A DNA stretch of 64,000 bases from positions 85,250,001-85,314,000 of the forward strand of contig OX597823.1 in the NCBI GenBank assembly GCA_951406725.2, written 5' to 3'. How positions within the stretch are numbered: position 1 is the stretch's first letter; each line of letters starts with the position of its first letter. Shown in pieces: positions 57,084-64,000 of this stretch. Source of the DNA: Octopus vulgaris. Taxonomy: Eukaryota. A model generated the notes under the pieces. That model worked only from the letters and a program-made list of their open reading frames with translations. It was not told the DNA's origin and did not search any database. A program made the position numbers and the translations under genes.

Positions 57084-57718
57084 CAACATTCGTTGCGGCT
57101 AAGTTGTTCTTGTGGCTCTTAACGCTGTTCCTGTTGTTGTTAACAACTTCTCTGCCCGCTCCCCAATATTTCTTCCCTTCTCTTCTTCCTCGTCCTAATT
57201 ACTTTCTGTTTGTTTCTTCCTATTCTGTTTGCTTCTTCTTCATCTTCTTTTTTCTTTTCCTTTCTTTTCCTTTTTTTTTCTTCTTTACCCCGTATCCGTA
57301 TCTATTTAATGCCGCGTAATTTTTTATGCACTTTCTGACTTCCTGCCTGGTTTTGATTTTTGTTTTGTGAAAAAGAGCGAATTGTATTTTGTGGTAAGCA
57401 ATAGGTTATAAAAGAAAGGAAGGCCAGCTAGAGCTGCCATAAAAATCATGAAAAAAAAAGTAAAAAACATAAAAAAATTATATATATACAAAACGAAAAA
57501 CAAATGAAAAAACAAAGGCATATTTTCGAAAGACAGAAAAAGAGAAAAAAAAAAAGCAAAAAGCAAAGGGATATGTGTACCTTGTGTTTGTGTGTTTGTG
57601 TGTTATACAAGTACATATGCATGTGAATATACATACGTACATTTGTACGTGTGTATGCAATTGTTTAATATATAAACGATCGTTTAGAGCTTTATGATTT
57701 TTTTTACGCACGTGCACG

Positions 57719-57755
<37 letters not shown>

Positions 57756-57919
57756 ACATACATATATACACACGTAGACATGCATAAATACATACATATA
57801 AAAGTGTGTGTGTGTAAGTATTGTATGTTTGTGATTGTCTGAGTGTGTATACATATATTATGTATACGTACATTACATATCACTTTAAATACACATAATT
57901 GCCGAAAATGCACACATAC

Positions 57920-57958
<39 letters not shown>

Positions 57959-58682
57959 TTCGAGAGAGATAAAGAGTGTGTTTGTAAGGGATATATATGT
58001 GCATATAAATATACATACATATGTATCCTTTTACTCTTTCTCTCTATATATTTCATTATGTCTATGTATTTTCTTGTGTGTTTATACATATATACGTATA
58101 TACATACACGTATACACATATGCATATGCGTGTGTAGGTGTGTGTGCGTGCGTGTGTGTAAGTATATGTGTTCTCTGACGGGTTACCGCATAAATTCAAT
58201 CTACCAATTTCACTCAGTAGACATTGGAAATTCAGGGCTATCCCAGAGAGAGCGAGAGATCGAGCTGTGGGACTATTCCTGAGAATACATTGTTCAGAAG
58301 TACATTTACAGCTTAACCACATAGCTATATCGCGCATGTCTGGGTATTCTACCTACGATTATCTGTTATTTACATCTCTCAAAAACCGCACTGTCTAAAA
58401 TACCCATCATTTCCTATAACAATATGCTGTGATTTCAGTGATATTTGGGAGGCTTTATAAGTACGACGTGAAACAGTATGAAGGCCTTTCCGTAGTCTCG
58501 CATCTTACACATTTATAAAAGAAGTTGTGACCTATTCTAAGTGCTTTCCTATATTTCCTCACAGTTTTCTAACGTCTAAGTTGATTTCAAACACTTTAGT
58601 GTAGCTGTGTGTATAAACTCAGACTAAACTATTGCCTGATTTGATAATTGATGAAATAGAGTCTGGACGTTCTTTTCTGCGT

Positions 58683-58816
58683 ACGCCTTTCATCCTTTCA
58701 GGGTCGATTAAATAAGAACGAGTTAATCACTGGGGTTGATGTAATCGATTTAATCTCCTTGTCTGTCCTTGTTTGTCCCCTCTGTGTTTAGCCCCCTGTG
58801 GGCAATAAAGAAATAA
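58683..58816 (+). mobile_element. SINE family B 3' fragment
   Basis: gccttt(t)catcctttcagggtcgattaa...gtgggcaataaagaaat. Confidence 0.85.
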
Positions 58817-58947
58817 ATATGGTCAGCTCTCTTTATATTGTTAAACAATAATGACCGATATTTCTTGTGATAGACTTATCAATGATGCGTCCTTTTACTT
58901 GTTTCTATGGTTTGTCTTCGAACGAACGCAAAATATATATGTATGTA

Positions 58948-59447
58948 CAGTAATCCCTGGCCACATAGTGGTTCACCTATCGCGGTTTATCATTTACGTC
59001 GATTGCTCACTGGTGTTGTTTTGAATCTCTCTGTATATAAACGGTAAAATGTCTGTCTCTGTGTGCATCCTTTATACAAATCCACAATTTTTCAGTTAGA
59101 GGGCTCGCACTTTCTATGGTCATTCAAAACCGTCCAAGCGTGGTCGTGCACATCTTCACATTTGCCAAGTCACCCCGCAAAGCCATTAGAAAATCAATAG
59201 AAGTTAGTTTTTTGTGAATTTTCTATCCAAAACCCAATAAATTGCCCGAAACTTAATACGCCAATTGAATGCCAGCTAGCTGTATGTGATTGGCCGGAGA
59301 TTTGGACAGTACTCGCGTGTATGTGTTGCACGCACGCAACTGTATATGTATGCACTAGCGCTATGACCCGGTGTTGTCAGGACATAATGCTAGTTTATAA
59401 TAAAATAAATTTGGAAAGTAACACCCGCGATAATTGACGGATTGCTG
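58948..59447. mobile_element. Tc1/pogo-type MITE with TA duplication, hosting a Helitron
   Basis: TA|CAGTAATCCC...CGGATTGCTG|TA, with subterminal tatcgcgg/ccgcgata. Confidence 0.65.
59026..59393 (+). mobile_element. Non-autonomous Helitron-like element, copy 3 (different interior)
   Basis: A|TCTCTCTGTATATAAACGG..tgtctgt start and gacccggtgttgtcaggac..gCTAG|T end. Confidence 0.75.
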
Positions 59448-59455
59448 TATGTTTG

Positions 59456-59560
59456 TCATGGTTCAATTTTATTTCAAGATTTCTTGACAATAGTGAAAGA
59501 GCCGATTTCGAACCTAGATCCAAGACTCCTTCACTGGAATTTCAACATCAACAACAGGGT
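59456..59560 (-). repeat. ~105-bp (TACA)n-associated repeat, copy 2
   Basis: Matches 46381-46487 and abuts (TATG)n. Confidence 0.75.
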
Positions 59561-59707
59561 ATGTATGTATGTATGTATGTATGTATGTATGTATGTATGT
59601 ATGTATGTATGTATGTATGTATGTATATATGCATGCATGTATGTATGCATGCATGCATGCATGCATGCATGTATGTATGTATGAATGTATGTATGTATGT
59701 ATGTAAT

Positions 59708-59840
59708 CAATCCAAACATGAACAAGCAAGAAAAAACAACGCGAGGACGTGGAATAAGTCCCGTGTTATTGGACACTCAGGGAAGGAAACAAAGGGGTTT
59801 TCACGTTTCGAGCGGAGTTCTTCGTCGGAAATACAGACAT
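59708..59840 (-). mobile_element. PLE-type terminal repeat with a decayed minimal HHR (59798-59831)
   Basis: aatccaaacatgaa..caacgcgaggacgtggaa is shared with 34868. Minus strand reads CCGACGAagaactccgctcGAAAcgtg. Confidence 0.6.
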
Positions 59841-59886
59841 ATATGTATGTACGTACGTATGTTTGAATGCATACATGTATACATAC

Positions 59887-59981
<95 letters not shown>

Positions 59982-60080
59982 GGGTGAATACTTGATAATT
60001 GTAAGCACCTGTATATACCATTTAGTGGTGTAGGTGGTAGAGTATATTAATCAAAATACAAACATGATGCCAAGGATTCA

Positions 60081-60158
60081 GCGGTACATATGTTTCGGGC
60101 CTTTATTAGACGGATTTATAACAATGCATAATGTGTGTCTATGGCCTTCTTCAGCCGC
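60081..60158 (-). ncRNA. Type I hammerhead ribozyme motif (GUA site)
   Basis: gcgg-CTGAAGA-aggcc..tagac...gtcta..ggccc-GAAAC-atat-GTA-ccgc. Confidence 0.75.
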
Positions 60159-60320
60159 GTACAATTACTACTTCAAGGACATGTGTTACATCGAGTGAAA
60201 GACGAGATGGACGCTTCGTTTTTGTGCTGGTGCTCCACTCTGTCGTACGCGACTGTAAGGATTTGCATTCCCAACGTAAATCTTATAATGTGATACATGT
60301 CCTTGAAGTAGTAATTGTAC

Positions 60321-60398
60321 GCGGCTGAAGAAGGCCATAGACACACATGATGCATTGTTATAAATCCGTCTAATAAAGGCCCAAAACATATGTACCGC
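60321..60398 (+). ncRNA. HHR motif with catalytic G12>A (AAAA for GAAA at 60383), probably inactive
   Basis: gcgg-CTGAAGA-...ggccc-AAAAC-atat-GTA-ccgc. Confidence 0.65.
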
Positions 60399-60431
60399 TG
60401 AATCCTTGGCATCATGTTTTTATTTTGATTA

Positions 60432-60486
<55 letters not shown>

Positions 60487-60503
60487 TGTTTGTGTCTATA
60501 TAC

Positions 60504-60559
<56 letters not shown>

Positions 60560-60568
<9 letters not shown>

Positions 60569-60780
60569 ATGTTTGTGTGTCTGGGTTTGTCAACCCAACA
60601 TCACTTGACAACTGATGGTGGTGTGTTTACTTCCTCATAACTTAGCGATTCGGCAAAAGGGACCGATAAAATAAGTACTAGACTTCCAAAGAATAAGTCC
60701 TGGGTGCGATTTGCTCGACTAAAGGTGGTGCTCCAGCATGACCGCAGTGAAATGGCTGAAACAAGTAAAAGAGAAAAAGA
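60560..60780 (+). mobile_element. SINE family A 3' half
   Basis: cttgacaactgatggtgg..ggtgctccagcatgaccgcag..ctgaaacaagtaaaagag. Confidence 0.85.
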
Positions 60781-60811
60781 AAAAAGGTAGAATTATTGAC
60801 ATAGAGAGAAA

Positions 60812-60869
60812 TACACATATCAATAATCCAGCATACTTTGTTTTCTTTCTGAATTAAGACTATGTCCGG
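60812..60869 (-). mobile_element. Tiny R4/Dong RLE endonuclease fragment
   Basis: PDIVLIQKENKVCWIID resembles PDIVVRDHEEKKCFLID of ORF 6884-7603. Confidence 0.55.
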
Positions 60870-60985
60870 CAATAACTAATTCATTATATAACTTATGATA
60901 TTCTCTGGAAACAGTAAGGATATATATATATATATCCTTACTGTTTCCAGAGTATATCTAAAGTTATATAATGAAATAGTTATTG
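60870..60985. repeat. ~116-bp near-perfect palindrome centred on (TA)n
   Basis: caataacta..ctctggaaacagtaagga-(ta)n-tccttactgtttccagag..tagttattg. Confidence 0.9.
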
Positions 60986-61619
60986 TTTTTTTGTTTTGTT
61001 TATCCCAGGTCATTTCTTATCGAACGGCGCTATGATCAAAGCGTTGACTATATTGTATTTAAGATTACATATATAGAATTGCTATCAGAATAAAGTCTCG
61101 AATTTTTGTTGCTGTTTATTTGAGGATCATCAGAACTGAAATACAGTGCTATCATTAAAGGCATTCCAGGTATCCTCATCCTGTCTTTTATGTGAATATA
61201 ATATATCTAAGACTATATCAGCGAATTCTGGTTTTCGCTTCAAAACGATACGGAATTATTCAAGAAAATTTTGGCTGCAATTACGAACAATTTGATCCAA
61301 CCACTTTGTGATTCCCACATTATTGTTATTTACATAGATAATTCTTTTCAGTGGATATTGAACTGTAAGTAATATCGCAAGTAGCTATGAATGTGCGATA
61401 TGGTATCATTGCAAGAAATCAATAGGAAAATTCTTTCGTCGAGATTCGCAGAGCAAGCGAAGGAGACATGATTGGAACGATTTTATTTTAGCGAAACGAA
61501 AAGAACAATAGACTCAACTAGTTGATTCCTGTAGAGTCAGTCGATTTGCTAGAAATAGTAAACAAATCTTCGTCGTTATTACACCTTATGATAATTTTAG
61601 ACAAATGATACATGAATGC

Positions 61620-61775
61620 GGGCGGGACTGTATGGTAAGAACTTTGCTTCTCAACTACAGGCTTCAGCGTTCAGTCACACTCTGTGGCACCTTGGGAAAG
61701 TGTCTTCATCTATAGCCTCAGGGTGACCAAAGCCTTGTGAGTTGATTTGGTAGACGGAAACAAAGTAATCTGTCC
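61620..61775 (+). mobile_element. SINE family A 5' half, diverged
   Basis: gtggcaccttgggaaagtgtctt..gccttgtgag..ggtagacggaaac. Confidence 0.8.
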
Positions 61776-62550
61776 TACACACACACATATATCCATATAT
61801 GCGTGAATGTGTGCCTCTGCTTTTATTAAAGCTGCAAAATTCTTCACAAACTGAAGCTTTAATAAAAACATATTACTCTTCTTCCGGTACTTAACTTACT
61901 TTCCTACCTTGTCTTGCATTTATGTGCTTAATGGTACACGCACACACACACGCACACGCACACACACACACACGCACACGCATACACACACACAGACACA
62001 CACACACGCACACGCACACACACACACACGCACACGGATACACACACACAGACACACACACACACTATTATGTTTATATAAATGTAAAATCTAAGGATCC
62101 AAGTGTAGGAAAACGTTTAGCTTCAAACAAACCATAGGAACTATAAAAAAAAAATAGCTTTCAGAGACAATAGAGGTTTAGTGAGAGGGAAGTTTCTGAG
62201 TTTTTTTCAGTTTCGAAGTATGGTAAGCTGAAAAAAAAAAACTGTTTTATATTTCACGGTAAGCAGCCAGTGTTACCAGGTATGAGAATAAAATACGAGA
62301 GAGCGACCGGAATCTCGGAAGTGGTAAATATCCAAGCGAGGTGTATACCGCAGGTTACTCTTCAGGCTACATCCTGATCGAATCGTCCGTGTGTTGACAT
62401 GTGACTCCTTACCACAATGTAAATTCCATTTAATCAAAACAGCCTTTGGCTCGAAGAGAAGCTTGTTGTAAACACCTCACCTGGATATTTACCCCTTCCG
62501 AGGTTCGGGTCCCTATGAAGCATATAGCCCCGATATTATCTACTCCATAC

Positions 62551-62581
<31 letters not shown>

Positions 62582-62737
62582 CATACATACATACATACAT
62601 GCATACATACATACATACATACATGCATACATACACGTACATGCATATATACACACATTTGCTTGTGTGTTTGCCAGTGATATTCGTATCTCTCACTCTG
62701 CGTGATTACTGTTTAACTGAATTCATTGTGTTATCTC

Positions 62738-63584
62738 ATGAATAGGGGAGGCTGCGTAAATCACTCAGACAACTTTTGTTTTGTCTGTGGAAAATTTGCT
62801 CAACGTGACCAGCGGAGGAACATTGCCACCAAATTAAAAATTGCCAAACAGAATATTATTTCGGGTGTAAAGTTGAGGATTAAGACAAGAGGTGCTGCAC
62901 CGTGTGTTACGGAAGGGAATGCCTTTTGTGGTACCAATGGTCATGCGTGATCCGACCGATTATGTCTCTGTTACTTTTGCATGACTAATAGTAGTTTCTC
63001 AAAGAAAACCAAAGAAAAACTTCTGTATGCAGATTGTAAGTCGGCTCTAAAACCGGTCTCATATGACTTCGAGAATCCTGGTTCAGTTCCTCTCTCACAT
63101 GAGTCACTTGAAGACATTGACACGTTGCAGGATTCTCATATCGACGATGAGTAAGTAGTTGATCTAAGAAGAATGAGCCAGGCTTGTTTAATCAAGAAGC
63201 TTTGAACGATATAGTAAGAGACCTGACATTGTCAGAGGAGAAGGCAGAAGTTTGGGGATCCAGAGTGCAGCAACGGAATCTCCTACAGCAAGGTGCGAAA
63301 ATTTCCATTTTCCGTTCTGGCCATGAAGGCTTGTCTGTCTTTTTCAAGCAAGAAAATAATGCTTGTTTCTGTAGTGAATTTAATGCACTCATGCAAAATC
63401 TGGGACACGTGCATGTGGCTAACGAACGGAGAGTGTGTATAAACTCGAGTAAGGTTAGCCTGAAAGCTGTGTTGTTACATAATGGTAATGAAAAACCATC
63501 CATTCCTGTGGGTCACATTGTCGGTATAGTCGGCTATGCCTACATACATGCATACATACATACATACATACATACATACATACA

Positions 63585-63620
<36 letters not shown>

Positions 63621-64000
63621 CATACATACATACATATATATGAATCGATGGAATTCATTCTGCAAGGAGTTAATTACTCAGTTCACAAATGGAATATTTG
63701 TGGTGATTTAAAGGCGGTTTCCTCCCTCCCATGACTGCAGCTGGGATATACTAAAAATGTGTGCTTCTTGTGTGTTTGGAACGGCCGCGACGAAAGCAAT
63801 CATTACACTGCAAAAAAACGGCCAAAAAGAGATGAGCTCATACATGGTCAGTACAATGTGCAGCATATGCCACTGGAAGATCCGCAAAAGATATTCCTTC
63901 CACTCATTCAATTCAAACTCGGCCTCGTGGTGAAAAACGTCGTAAAAGCAATGACACAGGATGGTCGTGGTTTCCAGTACATAAAAGTGAAATTTGGTGC
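62738..64000 (+). pseudogene. Chapaev3-like (CMC superfamily) DNA transposase, frameshifted, running off the window
   Basis: GCVNHSDNFCFVCG, CYFCMT, FNQEALNDIVRDLTLSEEKAE..SR, SSKVSLKAVLLHNGN..PSIPVGH, WNICGDLK, LQLGYTK.VCFLC.W and KLGLV. Family name from memory. Confidence 0.75.

Larger units (their letters stand above)
60043..60436. repeat. Long inverted repeat P2 (149-bp arms, 96-bp spacer) with two divergent HHRs
   Basis: 60043-60191 is the reverse complement of 60288-60436 with few mismatches. Confidence 0.95.

Noticed and set aside
61821-61867. 16-bp-arm AT-rich hairpin
   Set aside because: Short and AT-rich with no supporting context; may be chance.

Overview
AT-rich, microsatellite-saturated eukaryotic DNA with no identifiable intact host gene. 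It is intergenic or deep intronic, and the SINE repertoire points to an Octopus genome (inference). Almost all ORFs in the track are artefacts of (TA)n, (CA)n, (TACA)n, (TAGA)n or triplet repeats. The real coding remnants are all transposon-derived: R4/Dong-type RLE retrotransposon 3' fragments in (TAA)n tracts, two Tx1/L1 3' ends, a CR1-like 3' end, a decayed Gypsy gag-pol, two mariner relics and a Chapaev3-like transposase at the right edge. Two SINE families (one forming tandem arrays), three non-autonomous Helitrons and a TA-flanked MITE are also present. The most notable signal is a set of type I hammerhead-ribozyme (HHR) motifs of the Penelope-like-element (PLE)/retrozyme kind. Six lie in three 350-400 bp near-perfect palindromes of different sequence (31938-32289, 51037-51422, 60043-60436), each carrying two back-to-back, outward-facing HHRs. 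Further solo, minimal or decayed HHR motifs occur, mostly near (TA)n tracts. Family names were assigned from recalled motifs, not database searches.
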